Of a stretch of 64,000 nt of DNA, positions 8,252-16,369 are shown piece by piece. Every line of letters begins with the position of its first letter. The stretch's first letter is position 1. The notes beneath the pieces are model-generated. The model did not search any database. It was not told where the DNA came from and saw nothing but the letters and a program-made list of their open reading frames with translations. This DNA is from Armatimonadota bacterium (GTDB lineage Bacteria; Armatimonadota; Fimbriimonadia; Fimbriimonadales; GBS-DC). The DNA lies in the NCBI GenBank assembly GCA_037444405.1, contig JBBIML010000014.1, forward strand, positions 32,001-96,000, given 5' to 3'. The position numbers and the translations under genes were made by a program.

Positions 8252-9016
8252 GGGGGTTTTTGAGAGAAAGGCGTCCACATTCGCCTCGGTCTGCGCTGAT
8301 AGCTCGTCCAGCGGCATGCTCCAGAGTTCTGCGACATGGTGGGCAATCAGGGGCAGGTAGGCGGGTTCGTTGCGCCTGCCCCGATAGGGATGGGGCGCCA
8401 GGTAGGGCGCGTCGGTTTCTAACAGCAGGCGGTCGCGCGGCATCTGGCGCACAATCGCTCGCAGCGGCTCGGCGTTTTTGAAGGTAATCACGCCGCCAAT
8501 GCCCAGATAGTAGCCCATCGTCAGCGCGCGTTCGGCATGAGCCTCCGTGCCCGAAAAGCAGTGCAACACGCCGCGCACCGGCGAATATTCCGACAACACC
8601 TGAAGCAGCGGGTCATACGCCTCACGACAGTGAATGATCACGGGCAGCCCGCGCTCCTGCGCCAGCGTCAGTTGCGCGTGGAACGCCTCGTATTGTGCCG
8701 CGCGGGGCGACCAATCACGGTAAAAATCGAGCCCGATTTCCCCGATTGCGACCACGCGCGGATGCTGACTCAGCGCGCGCAACCGCTCGAGGGCGTCGGG
8801 CGTGCAGGCAGGCGCGTCGTGCGGATGGATGCCGACCGCTGCCCACAGCGCGGGCGACTGTTCGGCAAGCTGCACAGCGCGCTCACTGCTGGGCAGGTCA
8901 TAACCAATCACGATCAGTCGCGCCACGCCCGACTGCTGCGCACGAAAAAGAGCCGCCTCCCACTCCGAAAACAGCTGCTCGTGATTGAGATGGCAATGTG
9001 TATCAGTCCACTGCAT
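8249..9016 (-). CDS. tatD: TatD family hydrolase
   Basis: DTHCHL, GIHPH, IGEIGLD, IIHCRE, LHCFSG, LLETDAPYL; start trimmed to MQWTD. Confidence 0.94.
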   Translation of the reverse strand: MQWTDTHCHLNHEQLFSEWEAALFRAQQSGVARLIVIGYDLPSSERAVQLAEQSPALWAAVGIHPHDAPACTPDALERLRALSQHPRVVAIGEIGLDFYRDWSPRAAQYEAFHAQLTLAQERGLPVIIHCREAYDPLLQVLSEYSPVRGVLHCFSGTEAHAERALTMGYYLGIGGVITFKNAEPLRAIVRQMPRDRLLLETDAPYLAPHPYRGRRNEPAYLPLIAHHVAELWSMPLDELSAQTEANVDAFLSKTP

Positions 9017-9029
9017 CGCTCGGCTCTCT

Positions 9030-9215
9030 AAAAGATACCTGACGCTGGCAGTGCTGGTGATGCTGAATCCACCGCAGGTAATGGTTCTGCTTCGGGGTGA
9101 ACAGGGCTGGGACTGGCAGAAGCCTGTCAAAGGGGATGAGGCAATCCCCTCGCGTATATTCTCCAATCTGGCGTTGACGCCCGCTCAAATATTTGCAGTT
9201 CAGGAGCCTGTTTGA
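9030..9215 (+). pseudogene. Probable C-terminal remnant of a Uma2 (DUF820) endonuclease-like gene
   Basis: ...PQVMVLLRGEQGWDWQKPVKGDEAIPSRIFSNLALTPAQIFA resembles the Uma2 C-terminus; no plausible start; abuts the tRNA-Ser 3' end. Confidence 0.4.
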
Positions 9216-9308
9216 TGGCGGAGAGGGTGGGATTCGAACCCACGATCCCCCTTGTGGGAGGATTCCCGATTTCGAGTCGGGCCCGTTCAACCGCTCCGGC
9301 ACCTCTCC
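9216..9308 (-). tRNA. tRNA-Ser (anticodon CGA)
   Basis: GGAGAGG acceptor, CCCGA-CTCGAAA-TCGGG anticodon arm, long variable arm, CCA. Confidence 0.95.
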
Positions 9309-9324
9309 CTGTGAGGTAGGGTTC

Positions 9325-9400
9325 TGGCGCCCTCGGAGGGATTCGAACCCCCGACGCCCTCCTTAGGACGGAGGCGCTCTATCCACTGAGCTACGAGGGC
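9325..9400 (-). tRNA. tRNA-Arg (anticodon CCT)
   Basis: GCCCTCG acceptor, CCTCC-GTCCTAA-GGAGG anticodon arm, CCA. Confidence 0.93.
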
Positions 9401-9407
9401 GCACGGC

Positions 9408-9483
9408 TGGCGCGCCCGGAGGGACTCGAACCCCCGCCCTCAAGGTCCGCAACCTTGCGCTCTATCCTCTGAGCTACGGGCGC
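9408..9483 (-). tRNA. tRNA-Arg (anticodon GCG)
   Basis: GCGCCCG acceptor, CAAGG-TTGCGGA-CCTTG anticodon arm, CCA. Confidence 0.93.
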
Positions 9484-9549
9484 GCGACGCTAATAGTATA
9501 CCCCACTGTCGATACCCTTTTGTCAAGAGGTGAACGCCGTTGCCTGCAC

Positions 9550-10722
9550 CTACTGCAGCGCTTCCACCTCCGGGTGCTTGCTGAAGAAGCGCTTGAGCGC
9601 AGGCCACACATCCTCTTTGGAAGTGATTTTGACGATGACCACGCGCGGGTCGTCGCCGAACGCCTCGCTGAGCGACTGTCCCAGCGGCGCCAGCCCACCC
9701 GACTGACCCCACAGGTCGTTGGCAATTTCGCCGTAGCCGACAAGATTCGAGTACTCCACCAGGCGGCGCATATACTCCACCACCTCGTGGTCGCCCCAGT
9801 TGTAGCCATCAGAGAACATGAAGGGGTAGATGTTCCACTCGCGCGGGTTGTAGCGCTTTTCGATGATGTCGAGCGCGAGTTTGTAGGCGGCGGAGAGGCG
9901 CGTGCCGCCCGAATCGCCCGCCGCGAAGAAGGCGTGTTCGTCCACCTCTTTTGCCTCCGTGTGGCAGGTGATGAACACAATCTCAGTGGCGGTGTACTTG
10001 GTACGCAGGAAGCGTACCATCCAGTAGTAGAAGCTGCGGGCGATGTAGGCTTCGAACTCGCCCATACTGCCCGACACATCGCGCATGGCGATCACTACCG
10101 CGTTGCGCTGCTTTTCGGGCACAATCTCCCAGCTTTTGAAGCGTTTATCTTCCTCACGGATCTCCCAGCCGGGGCGCCCTTCGCGCGCGTTGCGTTTCCA
10201 GGCTTCAATCAGCGTGCGCTTGCGGTCGAGATTGGCAGCGGAACCGCGCCGCGCGATGGTATCGAACCGCACCTGATCCGCCAGAATATCTTTGGTGCCC
10301 TTCTCGCGCAGGTTGGGCAAGTGCAGGTCTTCGAACACCAGCTGCACCAGCTCTTCGATGGTGAACTCGGCTTCGTAGAAGTCGACGCCCGGTTCCGTGC
10401 CTGCCTGCTTGCCTGCGCCCTGACCGTGCTGACCCGACCGCCCGATCACATCGCCGGGCTGGCTGCCGCCCTGACCCTGCCCGACGCCCTTCTTGCCGTG
10501 CGGGTCGAACCGAATGTGGGGCAGCTCCAGCCCCCGAATCGGGATTTTGATAATCTTGCCGTCTTCCGCCGTGATGATGTCCTGCTGGGCGATGATCTCG
10601 CCCAGATTCTCACGGATGACCTCTTTGACCTTCTCGTTATGGCGCAGCCGATCCTTCTCGGCGCGACGGTGCAAATCCCACGAGTCGGTCGACAGCCAGA
10701 AGCCCTGTGTGCGCTCTTGCAT
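9550..10722 (-). CDS. yhbH: YhbH/YeaH (DUF444) family vWA-like protein
   Basis: W.LHR....DR.RH..KVKE, IPIRGL, Gly-rich linker, AMRDVSGSM, SGGT..S, WNIYPF.FSDG.N. Confidence 0.9.
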   Translation of the reverse strand: MQERTQGFWLSTDSWDLHRRAEKDRLRHNEKVKEVIRENLGEIIAQQDIITAEDGKIIKIPIRGLELPHIRFDPHGKKGVGQGQGGSQPGDVIGRSGQHGQGAGKQAGTEPGVDFYEAEFTIEELVQLVFEDLHLPNLREKGTKDILADQVRFDTIARRGSAANLDRKRTLIEAWKRNAREGRPGWEIREEDKRFKSWEIVPEKQRNAVVIAMRDVSGSMGEFEAYIARSFYYWMVRFLRTKYTATEIVFITCHTEAKEVDEHAFFAAGDSGGTRLSAAYKLALDIIEKRYNPREWNIYPFMFSDGYNWGDHEVVEYMRRLVEYSNLVGYGEIANDLWGQSGGLAPLGQSLSEAFGDDPRVVIVKITSKEDVWPALKRFFSKHPEVEALQ

Positions 10723-10820
10723 ATTAACGCCCCCATTAAAGAGTACCTCTTCGAGCAGCCGAAGGTTTCACCGCTTCTTGCAACGATTATCGGCATCAAG
10801 CCCAGATTGCCAGAGCGCCG

Positions 10821-11597
10821 CTACTCGGTCAGGAAGCGCCAGCGCAGCTCATAATGCTCCACGCAGTTAAAGTAGAATCGCGCTACCTGCTCAAAGGAGC
10901 GAAAGGCATATCGATGGCGCACCTCGGCAAAAGGCTCATCCTGCAGGCGCTGCTCAAACTGGGCACGCCTTCTTTCCGGTGCAACCAGCACAAAGCGCGT
11001 GTCGATGTCCCTCAGCTGATACATCTTATGCATCGAGTTGACGAAGCTGGTGGTGGCTTCCACCTCATAAATGAACTTGGGAAAGGGTCTCTGCCCGCGA
11101 CCGAACCAGATGACATCGCAGCGTGCCGCCTTTTGCTGCAGTTCTGGATAGGTGAACGGCGGAACCCCCTGGAGATGGCACAGATCGCCCAACCGTTTGC
11201 CATCAAAAGAGCAATTGCGGTCGCTCGTGTAGGTCTGATACTCCAGATAGTTGCCGATTTCGATGAGCATGCCCTCCATCGCGCTGTGGATATCCTCAAT
11301 CTGGTTCAGATAGGCATCGACGCTTTTGCCTTTGAGCGCATGGGCATAGGCGGTGCTGTCATCGATGGCGTGGTCGGGCAGCGCGTAGACACCCAGACCG
11401 ACCTTCACGAACCGCCCGCGCCGCACCTCGCGATACAGCACGCCCCGCAGCGTCTTTTGCCAGTCGCCCGCGGGCAGCGAATGGCGATGGCGCGGAGCCT
11501 GTTGATAAAGTTGCTCCAGCGAAGCGACGCCCTTGTTCGCCCGCATAATTGCCTCAATAAGCTCTGCCCACTTTTGAGGGTTGCTGGAGCCTCTCAT
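10821..11597 (-). CDS. Winged-HTH + PD-(D/E)xK nuclease-like protein (putative restriction endonuclease)
   Basis: N-terminal wHTH-like 'ASLEQLY...TLRGVLYRE...FVKVGLGVYAL'; C-terminal 'CDVIWF...YEVEATT'. Confidence 0.6.
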   Translation of the reverse strand: MRGSSNPQKWAELIEAIMRANKGVASLEQLYQQAPRHRHSLPAGDWQKTLRGVLYREVRRGRFVKVGLGVYALPDHAIDDSTAYAHALKGKSVDAYLNQIEDIHSAMEGMLIEIGNYLEYQTYTSDRNCSFDGKRLGDLCHLQGVPPFTYPELQQKAARCDVIWFGRGQRPFPKFIYEVEATTSFVNSMHKMYQLRDIDTRFVLVAPERRRAQFEQRLQDEPFAEVRHRYAFRSFEQVARFYFNCVEHYELRWRFLTE

Positions 11598-11612
11598 TGT
11601 GAAGGTTACCCC

Positions 11613-12659
11613 CTATCCACCCCAGTTGCGGGGCAGGAAGAGCTGGATGTAGCGCTGGATGGCGTAGCGGTCGGTCATGCCGGCGATGTAGTCGCACACC
11701 GCCTGCACCTGCGCTTCGAGCGTCGGCTCGGCAGGGCGGAAGTTGTCGGGCAAAGCGTCGGGATGCTCCAGATAGTAGGTGAATAGTTGCTGGATCATGG
11801 TGCGCATCTTCTCCCGCTCAGCCGTCACGCGCGGATGGTGATAGAGGTTCTCAAACATGAACTCCTTCATGCGGTTCATCGCCTCCAGCATGGCGGGGCT
11901 AAGCTGAACGATGGGCTTGCCGTCGCTCTGTTCGACCACATCCATCACCATGCGGGCGATGCGCTGGCTGTGCGTTTGACCCAGAAAGTCGATTAAGTCG
12001 CGCGGCAGGTCGTCGGGTGTGAGCAGTCCGGCTCGCATGCCGTCGTCCAGATCGTGATTGAGGTAGGCGATTCGGTCGGCGATGCGCACGACGGTCGCTT
12101 CGAGGGTGGTGGTCTTCTCGCTTTCGGCGTGGCTCAGATCCGCCCGCCCTTTGGAGTGTCCCACGATGCCCTCGCGCACCTCGTGGGTGAGGTTTAGCCC
12201 CTGCCCTTCTTTTTCCAGCACATCGACCACGCGCAGACTCTGTTCGTAGTGGCGGAATCGGCGATCAGGCAGGTAGCGGCGCACGATTTCGTCGAGCGCT
12301 TCCTCGCCCGTATGCCCGAAGGGCGGGTGTCCCAGGTCGTGCGCCAGCGCGATGGCTTCGGTGAGGTCTTCGTTCAGGCGCAGGGCGCGGCTGATGGTGC
12401 GGGCGATTTGCGCCACCTCCAGCGTGTGGGTCAGGCGTGTGCGGTAGTGGTCCTCTTCAGGGTCCAAAAACACCTGCGTTTTGTGCTTGAGGCGTCGGAA
12501 GGCTTTGCAGTGGATGATGCGGTCGCGGTCGCGCTGGAAGGCGGTGCGCACGGGGTCGGGCGGCTCCGGGATAGGTCGCCCGCGCGATTCGGCGCTTTTG
12601 GCAGCGTACGGCGCGAGCAGCTCACGCTCCAGTTGCTCCAGACGCTCCCGAATGGTCAT
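11613..12659 (-). CDS. dgt: Deoxyguanosinetriphosphate triphosphohydrolase (dGTPase)
   Basis: RTAFQRDRDRI, FRRLKHKTQV, RTRLTHTLEV, HDLGHPPFGH, DYIAGMTDRYA. Confidence 0.95.
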   Translation of the reverse strand: MTIRERLEQLERELLAPYAAKSAESRGRPIPEPPDPVRTAFQRDRDRIIHCKAFRRLKHKTQVFLDPEEDHYRTRLTHTLEVAQIARTISRALRLNEDLTEAIALAHDLGHPPFGHTGEEALDEIVRRYLPDRRFRHYEQSLRVVDVLEKEGQGLNLTHEVREGIVGHSKGRADLSHAESEKTTTLEATVVRIADRIAYLNHDLDDGMRAGLLTPDDLPRDLIDFLGQTHSQRIARMVMDVVEQSDGKPIVQLSPAMLEAMNRMKEFMFENLYHHPRVTAEREKMRTMIQQLFTYYLEHPDALPDNFRPAEPTLEAQVQAVCDYIAGMTDRYAIQRYIQLFLPRNWGG

Positions 12660-12662
12660 GGC

Positions 12663-13184
12663 TCAATACTGGATCAGCGTGCGCACATCGTAGCCGCGTA
12701 GGTTCTTGCGCCCGCCAAGAAAGGTGAGTTCGATCAGGAACACGAAGCCCGCGACGGTGCCCTGAAGCCGTTCGATGAGCCGCGCCGATGCCGCCGCCGT
12801 GCCGCCCGTCGCCAGCAGGTCGTCCACCACCACCACGCGCTGACCCGGCTCGATCGCGTCGGTGTGAATCTCGACGGTGTTGGTGCCGTATTCGAGGGCG
12901 TACTCTTCCGAGATTTTCTCGCCAGGCAGCTTGCCCAGCTTGCGAACGGGCACAAAACCCAGCCCCAGATTGACCGCGATCGGCAGCCCGAACACGAAGC
13001 CGCGCGACTCGATGCCTGCAATCACATCGGGCTTCAGCGAGCGAGCATGCTCGGTCATCAGCTCAATCACCTCCCGCAACGCCTGCGGATGCTTCAACAC
13101 GGGCGTGATGTCTTTGAAGATGATGCCCGGCTCCGGAAAGTTCGGTATATCGCGCACCAGCTGCGCTGCCAACAGTTCCGCCAT
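12663..13184 (-). CDS. apt: Adenine phosphoribosyltransferase
   Basis: FP.PGIIFKDITP, ESRGF, EYALEYG, VDDLLATGGT. Confidence 0.96.
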   Translation of the reverse strand: MAELLAAQLVRDIPNFPEPGIIFKDITPVLKHPQALREVIELMTEHARSLKPDVIAGIESRGFVFGLPIAVNLGLGFVPVRKLGKLPGEKISEEYALEYGTNTVEIHTDAIEPGQRVVVVDDLLATGGTAAASARLIERLQGTVAGFVFLIELTFLGGRKNLRGYDVRTLIQY

Positions 13185-13219
13185 CGCTCAGAACCTCCTC
13201 CGAGTGTTGAAACCGATAG

Positions 13220-13261
13220 AGTATACCCCCTCGCACAAAGAGTTCCTGCAGGGGGTATACT
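13220..13261. promoter_or_regulatory. Back-to-back divergent -10 elements forming a perfect 12-bp inverted repeat
   Basis: AGTATACCCCCT-N18-AGGGGGTATACT between apt and the SPFH gene. Confidence 0.65.
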
Positions 13262-13299
13262 GTCTACCGTCCCTTAGTACGGGGACAGGAGAGGGACCC

Positions 13300-14100
13300 A
13301 TGGAACGATTGCTGGAGAATCAGACAGCGACGGTGATTGTAGCCATCATCATCTTCGTGATTGTGCTGTTGCGGGCATCGCTGCGCGTGCTGCCCGAGTG
13401 GGAGCGAGCGGTGGTGCTGCGACTGGGACGCTTCCAGGCGGTCAAGGGACCCGGGCTGATCTTTCTCATCCCGATTATCGATGTTGCCCGCATCGTCGAT
13501 ACGCGCATCGTCACGATGAATGTGCCGCGCCAGGAAGCCGTGACCAAAGATAATGTGTCGGTCACGGTGGATGCGGTGGTGCTTTTTAAGGTGGTCAACC
13601 CCAAAGACGCGGTGGTGCAGATCACCGATTATATTCAGACCTCCAGCCTGATTGCGCAGACCACTTTGCGCAGCGTGATTGGTCAGGCGGAACTGGATGA
13701 CCTGCTGGCACGGCGCGATAAAATCAATCAGCAGCTGCAGAGCATCATCGACGAGCAGACGGAGGCGTTCGGGGTGAAAGTCACCAGCGTGGAGGTGCGC
13801 GATGTGACTCTGCCGGAGGAGATGAAGCGGGCGCTGGCGAAGCAGGCGGAGAGTGAGCGCGAGCGCCGCGCGAAAGTGATTGCCGCCGAGGGTGAATATC
13901 AGGCGGCGGAGCGACTGGTGCAGGCAGCTGAACGCATCGCCCAGCAGCCCGCCGCGCTCCAGCTGCGCTACCTGCAGACACTCGTCGAAATCGCCAGCGA
14001 ACGCAACTCCACTGTCGTGTTCCCCATCCCCATCGAACTCATCCGCCCGCTCTTTCTCACCGATCAGCGGGGGAACACGCCGCCCTCCAGCTCCGTCTAA
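13300..14100 (+). CDS. SPFH/stomatin (slipin) family protein
   Basis: ERAVVLRLGR, GPGL, TKDNVSV.VDAV, AQTTLRSVIG, QAESERERRAK, LQLRYLQTL; GGAG SD. Confidence 0.93.
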   Translation: MERLLENQTATVIVAIIIFVIVLLRASLRVLPEWERAVVLRLGRFQAVKGPGLIFLIPIIDVARIVDTRIVTMNVPRQEAVTKDNVSVTVDAVVLFKVVNPKDAVVQITDYIQTSSLIAQTTLRSVIGQAELDDLLARRDKINQQLQSIIDEQTEAFGVKVTSVEVRDVTLPEEMKRALAKQAESERERRAKVIAAEGEYQAAERLVQAAERIAQQPAALQLRYLQTLVEIASERNSTVVFPIPIELIRPLFLTDQRGNTPPSSSV

Positions 14101-14196
14101 ATCGACGCGTCAGCGGGTTCGATTGCCCGCCTGAGTGTGCTATAATAGAGTCGTGTCCGAACGAGTCAGTCCAGACCAACGACAGTGAGGCGAACG

Positions 14197-15921
14197 ATGA
14201 ACTGGGAGCAAGCCTATCGGGAGCTATTGCAGCAATATAACCAGCTCAAAACGGAGTGTGAACAGGCGCAGGCGCGATTGCGCGAACTGGAGAGCCAGCT
14301 GAGGAACGGCGGGCGGGGCGCCGCGCCCGATGTGGTCGCCGCGGAGGTCGCCAGCCCCGCCAACTACGAGGCGACGCTGCGCCGACTGGTGCGCCAGATC
14401 GGCGCCATCCTGCAAGCCGAGAAGGTCGTCTTTATGCTCTACGATCCAGAGGAGGGCGAGCTGCGCGCCTACCCGCCTGCCTACGGCATCAGCGACGACG
14501 AACTGCGCCTGCTGCGCGTGCGCGCCACGCAAGGCGTCTCCGGCGAAGTGTTCCGAGAAGGCAAGCCGATTATCGTGCATGACGCCATCAGCGACCCGCG
14601 CACGCTCAAAGAGAATGTTGCCCTGTTCCACATCCGCAACCTCGTATGTGTGCCCCTGATTTTAGAAAAACGCGACGAGGAGAACCGCGTCATCGACCGC
14701 CAGACGATTGGCGTGCTGCACGCCTTTAACAAGATGCGTGGTGGACACTTCATCGATGAAGATGTGCGCCTGCTGGAGCGCATGGCGCGCAACGCCGCCG
14801 CTGTCATCGCAGGCATGCGGCTCTATCAGGCGGTGCTGGAAGAAAAGGAGGAGCTGGTTCACACCATCGAGAGCCTGCGCGCAGGGCTGTTGCTGGTCAA
14901 CCAGAACGGGCGCATCAACCAGATGAACGCCGCCGCCCGATTCATCTTCGGGCTGGGACCTGATGTGCTGGGCAAGCCCTATCAGGAGATTATCCCGAAC
15001 GAGACCATCCGCAGCATGATCCGCGCCGCCATTGAAGAGGAGCGGGAGGGCGAACTGATCGAGCTCACCGTGCAACTCGATGGCAAGGAGCATATCTATC
15101 AGGTGCAGAACGCCATCGTGCGCGGTGAAGACCAGAAGCCGATGGGCACGGTGATGATCTTCAACGACATCACCGATATTCGCAATCTGGAGCGGATGAA
15201 GTCGGCGTTTGTGGCGACCGTCTCCCACGAGCTGCGCACGCCGCTGACCGCCATCAAGGGCTTCATCTCCACCCTGCTGATGGACCCCGAAGACGCCTTC
15301 TCACCCGAAGAGCGGCGCGAGTTCTACACCATCATCGATCAGGAGACCGATCGCCTCACCCGTCTCATCAACGACCTGCTGAATATCGCTCGAATCGAGG
15401 CGGGCGAATCGCTCAAGCCCGTCTACAAAGAGGTCGACTTCTACAAACTGTCGCAGAAGGTGGTCACCATCCAGCGGGCGGCTACCAACAAGCATGTAAT
15501 CGTGCATGATGTGCCACCCGACCTGCCGCGCATTATTGCCGATGAAGACAAGCTCGACCAGATTCTCACCAACCTGCTCAGCAACGCCATCAAATACTCG
15601 CCGAACGGCGGTGAGATTCGCGTCAAAGCATGGGAGGAAGACCCCGACCATATCATCTTCTATGTGTCCGATCAGGGCATGGGTATCCCGAAGGAACACC
15701 TGACGAAGGTGTTCGAAAAGTTCCACCGGGTGGACACCAGCGACACGCGCAAGCAGTATGGCACGGGTCTAGGGCTGTATCTGGTGAAGCACCTGGTGGA
15801 GGTGATTCATGGTGGGCAGATCTGGGTGGAGAGCGAGGTCGGTGTCGGCTCCACCTTCTATGTGCGCCTGCCGAAGATCCCGCCTGCTGTCAAGGAGGGC
15901 AAGGAGCAGGTTGAGAAATGA
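14197..15921 (+). CDS. Cytoplasmic sensor histidine kinase (coiled coil-GAF-PAS-HisKA-HATPase)
   Basis: [40 protein letters not shown] promoter at 14138-14146; start may be GTG 14185. Confidence 0.92.
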   Translation: MNWEQAYRELLQQYNQLKTECEQAQARLRELESQLRNGGRGAAPDVVAAEVASPANYEATLRRLVRQIGAILQAEKVVFMLYDPEEGELRAYPPAYGISDDELRLLRVRATQGVSGEVFREGKPIIVHDAISDPRTLKENVALFHIRNLVCVPLILEKRDEENRVIDRQTIGVLHAFNKMRGGHFIDEDVRLLERMARNAAAVIAGMRLYQAVLEEKEELVHTIESLRAGLLLVNQNGRINQMNAAARFIFGLGPDVLGKPYQEIIPNETIRSMIRAAIEEEREGELIELTVQLDGKEHIYQVQNAIVRGEDQKPMGTVMIFNDITDIRNLERMKSAFVATVSHELRTPLTAIKGFISTLLMDPEDAFSPEERREFYTIIDQETDRLTRLINDLLNIARIEAGESLKPVYKEVDFYKLSQKVVTIQRAATNKHVIVHDVPPDLPRIIADEDKLDQILTNLLSNAIKYSPNGGEIRVKAWEEDPDHIIFYVSDQGMGIPKEHLTKVFEKFHRVDTSDTRKQYGTGLGLYLVKHLVEVIHGGQIWVESEVGVGSTFYVRLPKIPPAVKEGKEQVEK

Positions 15922-16367
15922 GCCGTGTTCGTGTCGCCATCTGGCGTTCGCCAGCGGCGCGCGACCTGCCCCTGCCGGGTTATCGCACCTCCGGCTCGGC
16001 AGGGGTCGATCTTTATGCCGCTGTCGATGAGCCTGTGGTGCTGATGCCGGGCGAGCGGCGGCTGATCCCCACAGGGGTTCATATCGCGCTCCCGCCGGGC
16101 TACGAGGCGCAGGTGCGACCCCGCAGCGGGCTGGCGCTCCAGCACGGCATCGGCATGGTCAATAGTCCCGGCACCATCGACAGCGACTATCGGGGCGAGA
16201 TTGGCGTGATCCTCATCAACTGGGGCAGCGAGCCGTTCACCATCCGCCGGGGCGACCGCATCGCCCAGCTGGTGGTCGCGCCCGTCGCCCGAATCGAGTG
16301 GGACGAAACCGAGCAGCTACCCCCCACTGAGCGCGGCGAGGGCGGATTCGGGCACACGGGACGCTGA
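15918..16367 (+). CDS. dut: dUTP diphosphatase
   Basis: [43 protein letters not shown]. Confidence 0.97.
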   Translation: MSRVRVAIWRSPAARDLPLPGYRTSGSAGVDLYAAVDEPVVLMPGERRLIPTGVHIALPPGYEAQVRPRSGLALQHGIGMVNSPGTIDSDYRGEIGVILINWGSEPFTIRRGDRIAQLVVAPVARIEWDETEQLPPTERGEGGFGHTGR

Positions 16368-16369
16368 GC

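Noticed and set aside
9020..9210. Possible 6S RNA
   Set aside because: Only short terminal pairings (GGCTC/GAGCC, CCTGA/TCAGG) and no convincing long rod; a Uma2-like reading frame explains it better. cmscan would settle it.
9495..9526. Canonical sigma-70 promoter for the tRNA operon
   Set aside because: TTGACA and TATACT are 20 bp apart, too far for a standard pair; only the -10 was retained as a motif.
11613..12659. dGTPase as anti-phage defence
   Set aside because: It is the short housekeeping type with native composition, in an operon with apt.
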